A stretch of 64,000 bases of DNA from an uncultured virus (IMG/VR IMGVR_UViG_3300025120_000029) (lineage: Duplodnaviria; Heunggongvirae; Uroviricota; Caudoviricetes): the IMG/VR virus record IMGVR_UViG_3300025120_000029. One strand, 5' to 3'. Each line of letters opens with the position of its first letter. The stretch's first letter is position 1. A model generated the notes under the pieces. That model saw only the letters and a program-made list of their open reading frames with translations. It was not told the DNA's origin and searched no databases. This document shows positions 1 through 10,394 of this stretch, piece by piece. Position numbers and translations under genes: made by a program.

Positions 1-963
1 CCATAAACCTACAGATAATCTAATATCATCCGGTCCATCTTGTTTAATTCTACCACCTTTACCCCACATTAGGTAAGTTTCAATATCCGTTGCAATTTTA
101 GATAAGTGAGCTGCTTCCATATTTGTAATGAAAGTTCTTGTAAGAGTTCCATTCTCAAATGCTTCTCTAGCACCAGCTTTACCCATATTTGCAACAAGTC
201 CTTCAATACTAGGTACTGATGGATTGTTTGGATCTGTGTTAAAGTTTCTCCAAATCTCAGTTACAGGTACTGTACCATCAGCGTTTAATCCGCCTTTGAT
301 CATTAAGTCTGCTCTTGAAGAAATTGAATAGTGTACATGTGCTTCTGCTCCTCCTACAAAATTGTAGAATTCACGGAAACCTGAACCTGTTTCAATGTCA
401 GAGAATCTTTCACCGTACTCACCTCTTGCAGAACCTTTTCTAAAGTACTTTGTACCTTTAGCTAAGTATTTTGCATCTAAAGTAGCGGCATTGTTATTAT
501 TTACTAATTGAACAGTGTATACAAAACCATCACCTGCAGGTACAATATCGTCTGCTGTAATGTAAAGTTCTAGTCCATTATACTTGTCATAAGTAATAAT
601 GTCACCATGTCCAAAAGTTCTTTTGTTGATCTTAATCTGGAAAGTTGTTCCATCTATACCCTTAGCAGTATTAGCAGAGTCTATATCTGCTACTATGTAA
701 GGAAGATCTTGTGCAATAGGAGTTTGCCACTTGTACTCACCTCTAGCGTTATCCACCATGATTGTATTCTTTCCACCGAATGATGCCATTTGATATAAAG
801 GCATTTCTACCTTCTGAGTCATTGCCCATAAATCAATTGGTCCCATATCCATAGGCTCAGCGTTGCCAAGCATCTGTGTTAGGTGATAAGAATCAACATG
901 TGAACTAGCCTTGTAGCTTGTATCACGTAGGAAAATCCCATTATTTAAAACTGGAGTTGCCAT
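1..963 (-). CDS. Major capsid protein (N-terminal part; runs off the window edge)
   Basis: Not in the ORF track because there is no stop in the window. ATG at 963 gives MATPVLNNGIFLRDTSYKASSHVDSYHL...GEYKWQTP...GSARGEYGERFSD...YLMWGKGG, open to position 1. It lies after terminase, portal and the acidic protein, the crAss-like head gene order. Confidence 0.8.
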   Translation of the reverse strand, partial: MATPVLNNGIFLRDTSYKASSHVDSYHLTQMLGNAEPMDMGPIDLWAMTQKVEMPLYQMASFGGKNTIMVDNARGEYKWQTPIAQDLPYIVADIDSANTAKGIDGTTFQIKINKRTFGHGDIITYDKYNGLELYITADDIVPAGDGFVYTVQLVNNNNAATLDAKYLAKGTKYFRKGSARGEYGERFSDIETGSGFREFYNFVGGAEAHVHYSISSRADLMIKGGLNADGTVPVTEIWRNFNTDPNNPSVPSIEGLVANMGKAGAREAFENGTLTRTFITNMEAAHLSKIATDIETYLMWGKGGRIKQDGPDDIRLSVGLW

Positions 964-1018
964 AAATTTGATTGTTTTTGATTAATAATTAATTTTCATT
1001 TATATTTAATTTATCTAA

Positions 1019-2329
1019 TTAAATGCGTTTAAAAATGTTGTTAGCCCTTTGTAGTTTTTTTCTACCTGTTGTTCTAGCATTTGAAGGTTCTTTGTCTTTA
1101 ACCCCTAATGAAGAAGATCCACCAGTATTAGCTTGTTCTGTTTTTAATTTTCTAACAGTTGCCTCTACACTTTTTTGTGCACCTTTATCCATTATCTTTG
1201 CTTTGTATCCGTCTGGATCTTGTAGCAACCATAATGCTTCAGATATTAAACCATAGTTTGGCTCAACAAATTGATATTTTTCTAGTAAGTGTCCTAATAA
1301 ATTAGTATTTCTACCACTCACTGATGGATAAGAAGGAGATACCAAACCATTATATAACATAGCTTGTGTTTTTTTATCTACCTTTATTTCATTAATCTTA
1401 CCATCTTTTAATGTATTATATACATTTTTCATATATTCTTGAGATGCTTGCTCTTGTTGTTTTTTCTTCAACTCTTGTTCTTGCAATTTTCTTGCAACAA
1501 CTTTTTCTTGCATCTTATCTAATTTTGGTTTAAACTTTGAAGCTTGTTTTTCTAACTTACCTAAGTCTTTCCAAATTTCTATTTCTTCTTGGATCTCTTC
1601 TGAAGTACCATAACCTGTTGCACCTAAATACTCAGTTATAATTCTTTCTTGATCCTTTTCTTCTTTTATATTTAAAGATTTACTTTCTTCAACTTGTGAT
1701 AATGTAGAAAATAAACCTTTTAAATCTTGTCCACCATCAGCTACATATCTTGCAGCTATTTGTAATTCTTGTGGTAAACTATCAAAAAATTGTTTAGGAG
1801 TCTCACGTCTAACTTGATTAGCTTTCTCATCTAAGTTAGCTTGTATAAGCTCCTCCCAGTCTTTAGCAGTATAATCCTCTAACTCTTTATCATCATCAAA
1901 AGGAACAATTTTATCATCCTTAATTAATTTTGAAAAGACATCAGATATACCATTAATTGGTTTTCTACCTTTTTTTACTTTAGCAACATCTTCTTCAGTT
2001 TCATTATCTAATGTATCTAAAATTTCAGTTGCTTCTTCTTTATTAGTTTCAGGTTCTTTAACTTCATCATTTACTTCTTCTACTTTTGCATCTACTTTTG
2101 GTTCTTCAGCTTTAGCTGTTAAATCATCAGCATCATCTTTATCTGGGTCAGCAAAAGAGAAATCTGATTTATTGTCATTCCCTGAAAAAATATTTTTTTG
2201 TTGAGGAGTTTCTTTTTTCTCCTCAGGTAAAGTCATGGTATCACCTCCTGGTGCACCATTAAAGATCTCATCTAAATTAATATCAAGTGTCTCTACTTTA
2301 CTATTCATAGTTGTTTCTTCTGAACTCAT
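1019..2329 (-). CDS. Acidic coiled-coil head protein, probable scaffold-like protein
   Basis: 436 aa with an acidic disordered N-terminus and helical Q/E/K-rich C-terminus. Lies between portal and capsid genes. Confidence 0.55.
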   Translation of the reverse strand: MSSEETTMNSKVETLDINLDEIFNGAPGGDTMTLPEEKKETPQQKNIFSGNDNKSDFSFADPDKDDADDLTAKAEEPKVDAKVEEVNDEVKEPETNKEEATEILDTLDNETEEDVAKVKKGRKPINGISDVFSKLIKDDKIVPFDDDKELEDYTAKDWEELIQANLDEKANQVRRETPKQFFDSLPQELQIAARYVADGGQDLKGLFSTLSQVEESKSLNIKEEKDQERIITEYLGATGYGTSEEIQEEIEIWKDLGKLEKQASKFKPKLDKMQEKVVARKLQEQELKKKQQEQASQEYMKNVYNTLKDGKINEIKVDKKTQAMLYNGLVSPSYPSVSGRNTNLLGHLLEKYQFVEPNYGLISEALWLLQDPDGYKAKIMDKGAQKSVEATVRKLKTEQANTGGSSSLGVKDKEPSNARTTGRKKLQRANNIFKRI

Positions 2330-2367
2330 AATTATGTTGGTTTTAATAATTAATACTTTCTATATAT

Positions 2368-2375
2368 ATAATATA
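2368..2375 (-). promoter_or_regulatory. TATATTAT candidate phage promoter element upstream of the scaffold-capsid genes
   Basis: The same octamer lies shortly upstream of four minus-strand operon starts (2368, 13043, 49809, 54838). Confidence 0.4.
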
Positions 2376-2429
2376 AGAAATGTTTATTAAAACAAACTTA
2401 TAATATTTAAAAAAATTTAAAAGTTTTTA

Positions 2430-2447
2430 GCAGTATATAGCTAACGC
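2430..2447 (-). promoter_or_regulatory. GCGTTAGCTATATACTGC motif directly after the portal stop codon
   Basis: A near-identical copy (one extra T) sits at 15970-15988 on the plus strand, also directly after a stop codon. Confidence 0.55.
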
Positions 2448-5198
2448 CTATTTTTTATCATCAGATTTTCCAACATCATACTTATTTTTGTTTTCTCTTG
2501 CTATTTGAAGTTTAGTGTCAGCTATTTGTTTTTGTGCAGATATTTTCTCTCTTTCAACGTCTAACCTGCTACTCTCCATCATTTGTTTTGAATTAGATTC
2601 TTCACGTTTAAGATTCATTTGTTCTCTATACTGAGTAGTTTCTCTAATTTCTTTCATAGCATCTTGATAATCAGATTGTTGATTTTGATTAATATCTGCT
2701 GAAGCACCAAAACCTGCTGATCTAATTTCAGCTAAAGTAATATCATTCTGTCTGTCTTTATCATTTTCAGACATCTCTACTTGTAATTTTTGTTGTTCTT
2801 CTTGTGCTTTAGCTTCAAGTGCTTGTTGCTGCATTTGTTGTTGCTGCTGCATTTCTTGTTGACGTTGTTGTTGTTGTCTTACTTCTGAATCTTTTAATAT
2901 GTCTGTTACTTCAGCAATTGAATCAGCTTTAACAATATTTCCTAATTCATATATGCTTGCTCCAGTAGTATTATTAGTTAAAGCCATTTGCTTTAAGTTT
3001 TCTAGAATAGCTCTATGATTAGTTTTAGTTGTTGCAAAAATATTAAAATCTCTTAATAATAAATCTGTACCGTTTATGGTAAAATTAACCTTTTGTGCTT
3101 CTGTAGATATATAAGATAATCTAACACTTGGGTTATTACTACAATAGTATTGTGCTAAGTCAGTTCTCATTTGATGCACTCTAGGCATTAATTGATCTGA
3201 ATGCTGCACAAAATACATCTCTGTTTGAGCGTATGATTGCTGCATAGCCTGGACTACCCCTGTTGCAGTTTGAGCTGATACAGCTCCTCCTAGACGTTGT
3301 GGGTTAATTCCTATGGCATCAAAGCATTGTTGTTTAAAGTAGTTTGCTAATTGGATTCTAGACATCAATCTACTAGTCTGCTCCATGTTCAAAGTTTGGT
3401 AATGATTGAAGTTGGTGGCATTCTCAGTATTAGTAATTGAAGTATCTAAAGGTAACATTTGAAAATCTTTCATTGCTACCCATGCTTTTGCATAATTATT
3501 TTTACCCCAGTCTTCTCCCATTGAGTGACGTGGCAAAGCATTTTGATCAAACATGATTACTGTCCCTAATTCATCTATTAGAATGTCTGCAATTTGGTTG
3601 TTAACCATATTGTACCCAACTTGATATGCCTTCATTAAATCTACTAATGAAGTTGATCTGGTATTTCTGTCTGAAAACACTCTCCCTTCTACAGGAAGTT
3701 TACATCCATAAAGTGTATTATTACCTTTAAACTGAAATGGTAATCTACCAGGTTTAGTTCTATTAATTCCTATATATATTGGGTTAATGTTATCCCCCAT
3801 AGTTGATCTCCACATAGCTGGTAAATTTGGACCTACCTTAACTCCACCCCATACTTCATTAATCCATATCCAATCTATATGCTCACCTTGTAAAAGATTT
3901 TCTTTTGTTTTGTTTTTAAAGATAGAAGTATCATATACTGCTTTTTCAGTAATCTTAAATGTTTCATCAACTACTTCTTGTGTTACTTCACCATCATTTT
4001 CTATCTTAGTTAAATGACCTAACATACGTTGAGTCTTCCAATATATTGTTGAAACTCTCATTAAATTACCTTCATCTAAAGGAGTCATGTCTTCACTCTG
4101 ATCTAGTATTTCACTTAGAATATCTCCTCCTGCTGATGGATCATTCCAATAATTACTTGTGTATTGTCTATATGCTAAACCAGGCATTTGTGTATTCCAC
4201 GCATGTGATCTAGTAGCATCATAGTATGAACCATCATTTTGATAACCATTAACTTGATATTGTGCTGATCTTGCTGGATATATTTTTTGTAAAGATTCAA
4301 GTTGTTTCTTATCCATCAAATATCCATATCTATCAACTACATCAGATACAGTCATAAGATCTACTTTACCTACATAGTTTGAATCTGCTATATATCTTTG
4401 ATCTGGAGACTTTTGATAGAAGGTTAATACAGGATTCCATAGCTCTACATCATAGTCATCTTCTAACATACGGAAATGCCAGAATTCTCTATCTGCTATA
4501 AGCATATCTCTAAATCCTCTTTCTTCTAGTTCTTGCATATGAAATCTTTCTTCATCTACTGCAAGTTGATGTGATGCCCATTCCTCTACCATACTTCTAT
4601 AAGACTTACTAAAAAAGTCTTCTATTTCAGGTAAAGTTTTTAAATTTTCAGGTGATAGTTGTTTTAATCCTTCTTCTGATCCTGGGTTCATACCCATATC
4701 AAGCATCTTCATAGTAAGTTGTCTCTCAGCATCAGCTAATAAAGATTGCTCTACCTGCATTCTTTTTTGTTCAAGCATCTCATTATAGGATGCATCATCT
4801 ACTGCTCTAAACTGAACCTTAGAATATCTTTTAGCAAACTCACCAGTTAATACATTTATAACATTTGGTACAATAGGGTAAAACTTTAATTCTAAAGCAG
4901 AGTCATTTTCTTTAGTAAGAACATCCATCATATCTTTATAATCATTGTCAGGTTCTACAATGTAATCTGTTTTATCTATTATACCTACAGCAAGTTTATA
5001 ATTTTTTAAAAGTCTTCTTGCATTTAAACGTAAAAATTCAATACCTTGTAATTCTAACCAATCAAGATTCCAAGCAGCCCAATCATCTGTTTTTTTAGAA
5101 TATGGTAAAAATTGAGTTGGTTGTGTTAGACTTGAAAACGTAGGACCGCTTTCTGCCTTAGCACCATTCTTTAATTGCATTGCATTTAATACTCTCAT
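2448..5198 (-). CDS. Portal protein
   Basis: 916 aa directly downstream of the terminase. Contains FYPIVPNVINVLTGEF, SLVDLMKAYQVGYN and GINPQRLG segments and a Q-rich coiled-coil C-terminus typical of podovirus-type/crAss portals. Confidence 0.85.
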   Translation of the reverse strand: MRVLNAMQLKNGAKAESGPTFSSLTQPTQFLPYSKKTDDWAAWNLDWLELQGIEFLRLNARRLLKNYKLAVGIIDKTDYIVEPDNDYKDMMDVLTKENDSALELKFYPIVPNVINVLTGEFAKRYSKVQFRAVDDASYNEMLEQKRMQVEQSLLADAERQLTMKMLDMGMNPGSEEGLKQLSPENLKTLPEIEDFFSKSYRSMVEEWASHQLAVDEERFHMQELEERGFRDMLIADREFWHFRMLEDDYDVELWNPVLTFYQKSPDQRYIADSNYVGKVDLMTVSDVVDRYGYLMDKKQLESLQKIYPARSAQYQVNGYQNDGSYYDATRSHAWNTQMPGLAYRQYTSNYWNDPSAGGDILSEILDQSEDMTPLDEGNLMRVSTIYWKTQRMLGHLTKIENDGEVTQEVVDETFKITEKAVYDTSIFKNKTKENLLQGEHIDWIWINEVWGGVKVGPNLPAMWRSTMGDNINPIYIGINRTKPGRLPFQFKGNNTLYGCKLPVEGRVFSDRNTRSTSLVDLMKAYQVGYNMVNNQIADILIDELGTVIMFDQNALPRHSMGEDWGKNNYAKAWVAMKDFQMLPLDTSITNTENATNFNHYQTLNMEQTSRLMSRIQLANYFKQQCFDAIGINPQRLGGAVSAQTATGVVQAMQQSYAQTEMYFVQHSDQLMPRVHQMRTDLAQYYCSNNPSVRLSYISTEAQKVNFTINGTDLLLRDFNIFATTKTNHRAILENLKQMALTNNTTGASIYELGNIVKADSIAEVTDILKDSEVRQQQQRQQEMQQQQQMQQQALEAKAQEEQQKLQVEMSENDKDRQNDITLAEIRSAGFGASADINQNQQSDYQDAMKEIRETTQYREQMNLKREESNSKQMMESSRLDVEREKISAQKQIADTKLQIARENKNKYDVGKSDDKK

Positions 5199-5203
5199 AT
5201 TTA

Positions 5204-7396
5204 CTATTTATAATTTTTAAATCCAGATCTTTTGATCTTACTACTTAAAGCACCTTTAGCTCTACCAATATTCTTAAAGGGGCTATACTTTAATTTATAC
5301 AAATTTTCTGAGTTTACCAAGGAATTGTCCTCTGATTCACGTCTTTTAGAATATCCTCTGTTAGATTGTTGTATTTTAACAAATGCAATTAATGCACCAA
5401 AAGCTACAAGTCTATCTACATTAAGACCAGGATAATATGCTAACATTTCTTTTAATAACATTTGATCAGGTATTCTTTCTACCCCTAATGTCTGTGTAAT
5501 TACATTACCACTGTCATCTAAATCTTCATCAATAACCTCTCTTATAAATTCTATTGCATATGATATCAAATGACTTTTAAATAATGTACCTGTATTTTTC
5601 CAACCATATTCTTGATAAACTGATTTATTTGATCCTAGATCTTTTAAAAATAATATTTGTTGTTTAGGTACTAAATATCTTTGTTTTCTTCTAGCAATCA
5701 TATGTTGAATAAATAAAGATATATTATTCTCTACAATTGTCCATGCATTATACCATTCTATAAGTAACTCTAATCTTTCATGAGTTTTATTTATATCATC
5801 AAATCTTCCACACCATGCTGCTACTATTTTGTCTTTCTCAATAAACTGTTCAGTATCACCAGCTACTGTTTCTCTAATTACTTCTACTGCATTTTTATAT
5901 ACAAATATACTACATAATGAATCTGAGGTTGTAGTTTTACCTTCTGATACAGGGTCAATAGATGCATAATACTGACCAAAGTCAGGACGTTTTGATGTTG
6001 GTCTTTCCCATACTACTATTACACCAGTCTTATCATGTTGTTTTCTATCTACTGGAAATCTTGATATAGGTAATTTATTAGATCTCTTAGCTACTATACC
6101 TTCTTGCTCTCTTGTTAAATCAATTAATTCATAAGGATATTCTTTTTCTTCAATCTTTTTAAGTTGTTTAGATAATACACCTTGAGGAAATATAGAAGCT
6201 TTTCTATATGCAAATGCTTCAGCAATGTTTAATGGTTTTTGTGATATTCTTAATTGAAATTGTTCACCATTTAATTCATTCTTCCATCTGTTTCTTTCTA
6301 ACTCTATTGCTTCTATTGCTTCTTCTATTTGTGAATTACCATAATCATCAATGTATGGTGGCATAGACCATTGCTCTGGAATAAACAAACCAGCCATACC
6401 TATTGTTCCGTCAGCATCTATTAGGTTTGTTTCTACTGCAAATATATCATTAGCATCAGGATTCATAATCATTTCTTTCAAAGGATTACATTGATCTAAA
6501 TCACCTACAGATCCTGCTGCTATAAACATACCTGTTGTCATCATTCCAGAAGACATAGCAGGACGTAAATACTCATATGTCTCAGACATCTTAGGAGCAA
6601 TACCAGCCTCTTCATGAAAGAAGTATGTACATGGACCCCCTACCCCTGTAGTTGCATTCTTTTCAAAAGAACCACCCTGTATCTTTGATTTAAGACCTCT
6701 TGCTGTTTTTCTGTTACCAATTTTTACTTCTATCTGTTGTTGCCATAACAAAACCTTTTCAGGATTACTTGGTCTATACCAAGCAGTATGCTCATTTAAA
6801 AATATTTTATATTCTTCTAAAAACTTCCAGGAACCTTTATCATTAATAAAGTCTTTTAGTGAAGCACCAATCTTACACGTACTACCTTCTTCAAACCAAT
6901 AGGTATTTATTATCTTACCCATGTGAAAGTATGATGAAGCTATCTGACGTTTTTTTAGTATAGCAGCATGTTGATTATTTAACTCTGCTAACCATTCATA
7001 TAATGCCATATGATACTGTGCATCCCTTACTTTAGCAAATCCGTAATGTTTTTCTTCTTTATCAAATATTGGTAAGAAGTTTAACCACATATAATAATCT
7101 CTAGTTATATACCAAGTCTTATCTTTCTCTTTGTATATAACACCATTCCTGCATTTATTCTTTTGGTCATCCCAATATGCTGTAAAATCTTTAGATCTAA
7201 ATGGACTAGAACAATAAACACCTTCTGCTGTAAATTTTTTAGCTTCCTCATTAAATTTATAAGCCATCTCAGTAAAACCATATTCACCTGGTTCACTAAA
7301 AATTGACTCAATAAATTCTCTAAACTCTAGATCATTTTTAAATTCAGTAGTTGTCCATTTATTATTATCATATGTAGGTATGATTCTACTCATCAT
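5204..7396 (-). CDS. terL: Terminase large subunit
   Basis: Walker A variant LKKRQIASS, Walker B FFHEEAG, RNase H-like nuclease YYASIDPV, IVENN and C-terminal NVDRLVAF. Confidence 0.9.
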   Translation of the reverse strand: MMSRIIPTYDNNKWTTTEFKNDLEFREFIESIFSEPGEYGFTEMAYKFNEEAKKFTAEGVYCSSPFRSKDFTAYWDDQKNKCRNGVIYKEKDKTWYITRDYYMWLNFLPIFDKEEKHYGFAKVRDAQYHMALYEWLAELNNQHAAILKKRQIASSYFHMGKIINTYWFEEGSTCKIGASLKDFINDKGSWKFLEEYKIFLNEHTAWYRPSNPEKVLLWQQQIEVKIGNRKTARGLKSKIQGGSFEKNATTGVGGPCTYFFHEEAGIAPKMSETYEYLRPAMSSGMMTTGMFIAAGSVGDLDQCNPLKEMIMNPDANDIFAVETNLIDADGTIGMAGLFIPEQWSMPPYIDDYGNSQIEEAIEAIELERNRWKNELNGEQFQLRISQKPLNIAEAFAYRKASIFPQGVLSKQLKKIEEKEYPYELIDLTREQEGIVAKRSNKLPISRFPVDRKQHDKTGVIVVWERPTSKRPDFGQYYASIDPVSEGKTTTSDSLCSIFVYKNAVEVIRETVAGDTEQFIEKDKIVAAWCGRFDDINKTHERLELLIEWYNAWTIVENNISLFIQHMIARRKQRYLVPKQQILFLKDLGSNKSVYQEYGWKNTGTLFKSHLISYAIEFIREVIDEDLDDSGNVITQTLGVERIPDQMLLKEMLAYYPGLNVDRLVAFGALIAFVKIQQSNRGYSKRRESEDNSLVNSENLYKLKYSPFKNIGRAKGALSSKIKRSGFKNYK

Positions 7397-7664
7397 ATCT
7401 TACTATGGCAAACACATCACCTTCTTGGACAAGAAGATGTTCTACATTTTGGTGCATCATTGGTGTTGGCATAGCGTGTTCTGCATATTGTACTATATCT
7501 CCTACTTCTATTTCATGTACATCTTTTCCTTTTCCTACCACAGTACCTTTGTATTCTATCTTCTGTGCTATTTCAGGAATATATAATCCAGACTTAGTTT
7601 TAGTTTCTACACTCCATTTTTTTAATAGTAATTTTTTACCTACCGGTATAACTGTCATACTCAT
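7386..7664 (-). CDS. groES: GroES/Cpn10 co-chaperonin
   Basis: 92 aa with mobile loop KTKSGLYIP, GTVVGKG, IEVGDIVQY and EGDVFAIV. Confidence 0.85.
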   Translation of the reverse strand: MSMTVIPVGKKLLLKKWSVETKTKSGLYIPEIAQKIEYKGTVVGKGKDVHEIEVGDIVQYAEHAMPTPMMHQNVEHLLVQEGDVFAIVRYDE

Positions 7665-7679
7665 ATTTAATAATTTTAT

Positions 7680-8198
7680 TTATAGTTGGTCATAAGCTAA
7701 TCCTGCACCACCACGCACAGAGCTTTCTTGTTCTTGTTTCATATCTAAAAATGCACCCTTATATGATTGTCTTATTTGTTCAAACTTAGCAGCTGCATTT
7801 ATCATAGAATTCATATTACCGTCTCTACCATGTTCTATAGGGGTTACCTCCATATACTTACCTAATCTATCTAACATAGCTTTAATACCCACATAAGCTC
7901 TATAAGTAGGTGTTTCATATAGTTTCTTACACATATCATAACCATATCTAATTGTTCCATCTTCTGGTGATTCTTCTAATTTTATTTCTTCAATGATAAT
8001 ATCTTCTTTTTGATGCTCAGGCAAATTAAAAAAAGGATTAAGATCAGGATCAGGACAACTCATATAAAATATATATTGATATACTTGCATATGTGTATCT
8101 GGATATTCATCCATTATCTTTTTTAAAAACGGAAGAGCATAACAATGTTCTGTTACAACTAAAGTTTGATTTTGTATATCAAATAGTTTTACTATCAT
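7680..8198 (-). CDS. Hypothetical protein of the packaging module
   Basis: 172 aa ORF in a tightly packed operon. Function not recognised. Confidence 0.6.
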   Translation of the reverse strand: MIVKLFDIQNQTLVVTEHCYALPFLKKIMDEYPDTHMQVYQYIFYMSCPDPDLNPFFNLPEHQKEDIIIEEIKLEESPEDGTIRYGYDMCKKLYETPTYRAYVGIKAMLDRLGKYMEVTPIEHGRDGNMNSMINAAAKFEQIRQSYKGAFLDMKQEQESSVRGGAGLAYDQL

Positions 8199-8440
8199 AA
8201 TATATTATTTTTAAACTCTTCATAACCTATTCTTAATACAATAGGTTTTTCTGCACCTTTCATTAATACTTCAGTATAATCATTCTGAAAAGCTTCTCTT
8301 CCTAAATGGAAGTATTGCTTAAAGTATGCTATATCTTCTAAATCAATAGTTATCATTGTCTCAAAAAAAGCAAAGTCAGTTGGTATTCTTGATGTAGATG
8401 ATTGTATTGGTACTGCTGCTGTAAATTCTTTTAATTTCAT
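8195..8440 (-). CDS. Hypothetical protein
   Basis: 81 aa with 4-bp ATGA overlaps with both neighbours. Confidence 0.6.
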   Translation of the reverse strand: MKLKEFTAAVPIQSSTSRIPTDFAFFETMITIDLEDIAYFKQYFHLGREAFQNDYTEVLMKGAEKPIVLRIGYEEFKNNIL

Positions 8441-9249
8441 TGGTTATCTTTTATCCACATCATTAGTGAGTTTACTTCATCTCTTAGATATGGTAGTTCA
8501 TATATTTTTATATTCTCTAAAACTGGCTCACCATCAACATGTTCATTAATTGGATAACCGTTTGAATCTTCTCCTACTTGTTTAAACTTTACATGTTGTA
8601 TAACTAACTTACCTATCTTTAGTTTAGGATTGTGCTTTTTAATAATATACGCATAAATACTGAGTTGAAGATTATAATGATTAAGATTACAATCATCTAA
8701 ATGATTGACAGGTCTGAACATTTTATTAGTAATACCCTCCCAATTTGTAAATCCTTTATCCTTTATTTCTTTATTTGTTTTATAATCTGTAATATTTATA
8801 TGTCCATTTACTACTTCAACTAAATCTGCTTGACCACATATACCAACTGACTTTAAAAATACTAAATGTTCTGGGTATACACCCTCCTCAAGTTTTTGAT
8901 TGGGTGATATTTTTATACCCTCATCATTAACTAAAGGTTTTATAATTGGTACTTCTGTACCTTCTCTTTGAATAGTTTTAAAATCTAACATATCATTCTC
9001 TCTTTGATTATGATAGAAATTGCCTAATTTTATAGCTCTTTCTGTTTCACCATCCCATGCAGCAATAATTTCTTTAGGTGTCATCCCATGCCATTTAGAT
9101 CTTTTATTTTTAGATGACTTAATTGCTTGACCATCTCTGTCAAATTTAGGTTTAAATTTACCTACAAGTCCAGTAACACTAACCCATGATATATTATCAT
9201 TATCTGTGCTTTGATATACATGTCCTTCCTCTTTAAATAGTATTGCCAT
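8437..9249 (-). CDS. PD-(D/E)xK superfamily nuclease
   Basis: SVT...G.FYH N-terminal motif, ICGQADLV...ITDYKT catalytic motif, and YNLQLSIYAY. Confidence 0.8.
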   Translation of the reverse strand: MAILFKEEGHVYQSTDNDNISWVSVTGLVGKFKPKFDRDGQAIKSSKNKRSKWHGMTPKEIIAAWDGETERAIKLGNFYHNQRENDMLDFKTIQREGTEVPIIKPLVNDEGIKISPNQKLEEGVYPEHLVFLKSVGICGQADLVEVVNGHINITDYKTNKEIKDKGFTNWEGITNKMFRPVNHLDDCNLNHYNLQLSIYAYIIKKHNPKLKIGKLVIQHVKFKQVGEDSNGYPINEHVDGEPVLENIKIYELPYLRDEVNSLMMWIKDNQ

Positions 9250-9355
9250 TATATTGTGTTTTTAAATTATATGTATCTGTAGAACACCATACAACTTCTA
9301 TATCTCCCGCTATACTAGTATTACTATTAATTAATATTGTATTTTTATTTTTCAT
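9233..9355 (-). CDS. Small hypothetical protein (40 aa)
   Basis: Below the track cutoff: MKNKNTILINSNTSIAGDIEVVWCSTDTYNLKTQYNGNTI. Fills the gap and overlaps both neighbours. Confidence 0.4.
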   Translation of the reverse strand: MKNKNTILINSNTSIAGDIEVVWCSTDTYNLKTQYNGNTI

Positions 9356-9686
9356 GTTCTTGATTTTTAATTACTTGTTCCATAACCTTTTCTTCTTGTT
9401 CTTCCGTTGCCATTGCTTTCCAATATGTCTTAGGACATTCAGATGATAATGATCTTATTTTAAATGCTAAACTACAACCACAATCTGAACAACATGGTTG
9501 TGTGCCTGGAGCAACACAGCTATCTCCAAATGCATCAAACATAGAACACTCAATACATATTTGATATCTCTCTGTAGCTACAGCTTCTACATGCTCTTTC
9601 CTAAATATATTATTCTTTATACCTTCTGTGATTTTATCTACATTCTTAAATATACCTAAAAGATTTTTAATATTATATGCTGCCAT
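9345..9686 (-). CDS. Cys-rich putative Zn-binding protein
   Basis: RYQICIEC...CCSDCGCSL..K.RS.SSECP...W pattern. Confidence 0.6.
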   Translation of the reverse strand: MAAYNIKNLLGIFKNVDKITEGIKNNIFRKEHVEAVATERYQICIECSMFDAFGDSCVAPGTQPCCSDCGCSLAFKIRSLSSECPKTYWKAMATEEQEEKVMEQVIKNQEHEK

Positions 9687-10047
9687 TTTTATTATTCTTA
9701 AAGTTTTTTTTATCTATTATACTTTTTTCAATTTGTTCTCTTGCTTTTTCCATATTATCAATATTTAATTGTATGTCTTCACTTTTAGCAAAACCATTAT
9801 AAGTTCTTTTAGCTATGTTACCCAACATACTTTTATTCCTCTTTATAGCTTTATCAAGTTTACTCTTTCTTAAAATAAAAGTACCTAATCCATCCACTTG
9901 GATTCTAGGATACTGTAAATTAGATAAATGTTTTCTTAGCTTAGCATAATAAAAAGCAATAAAATCATCTACCACTGATTGATGAACACCAACTTCTTCT
10001 GCTATTTTTTCTTTAAACTCTTTATGCTTCTTGGGATTCATTACCAA
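9673..10047 (-). CDS. HU/IHF-like DNA-binding protein
   Basis: IAEEVGVHQSVVDDFI helix and IQVDGLGTF (equivalent to V.I.GFG.F). Confidence 0.6.
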   Translation of the reverse strand: MVMNPKKHKEFKEKIAEEVGVHQSVVDDFIAFYYAKLRKHLSNLQYPRIQVDGLGTFILRKSKLDKAIKRNKSMLGNIAKRTYNGFAKSEDIQLNIDNMEKAREQIEKSIIDKKNFKNNKNGSI

Positions 10048-10393
10048 GTATTTTATAATCCAACAATACTAAACCATCCTTTTGAATATTCATATCTTTA
10101 TTAATAGAAATAGTCTTTTTATTTATGCCACTTTTTTTAAGTAATCCTTTTTTTTCTGCTTTAGTAATTGCATTTCTTGCAGACTGTGGACTTTTAAATA
10201 TATTGTCATTAACAAGTTTAATACAAAACTTAGTTAATTCTATATTATCATCCTTAGAAAGACGCATAAGAAATTTTAAATCAGAATTACTTATAATTAT
10301 TTGTTTAAAAAAACAATAAGTCATTATTTGATACATTACACATGTATCTAAATTAACTTTTAATTTTAAATCTATTTTATTTACTAATGCCAT
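10022..10393 (-). CDS. Hypothetical protein, possibly winged-helix
   Basis: 123 aa with SPQSARNAITKAEKKGLL resembling a wHTH recognition helix and wing. Confidence 0.5.
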   Translation of the reverse strand: MALVNKIDLKLKVNLDTCVMYQIMTYCFFKQIIISNSDLKFLMRLSKDDNIELTKFCIKLVNDNIFKSPQSARNAITKAEKKGLLKKSGINKKTISINKDMNIQKDGLVLLDYKILGNESQEA

Positions 10394-10394
10394 A

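Noticed and set aside
128..331. Short plus-strand ORFs antisense to large genes (e.g. 128-331, 1023-1256, 3787-4017, 55658-62896 set)
   Set aside because: They are shadow ORFs on the opposite strand of well-supported genes, with no motifs.
5204..7396. Introns or inteins in terminase (also checked in polymerase and nrdA)
   Set aside because: The ORFs are continuous with ordinary lengths and show no intein end motifs or LAGLIDADG motifs.
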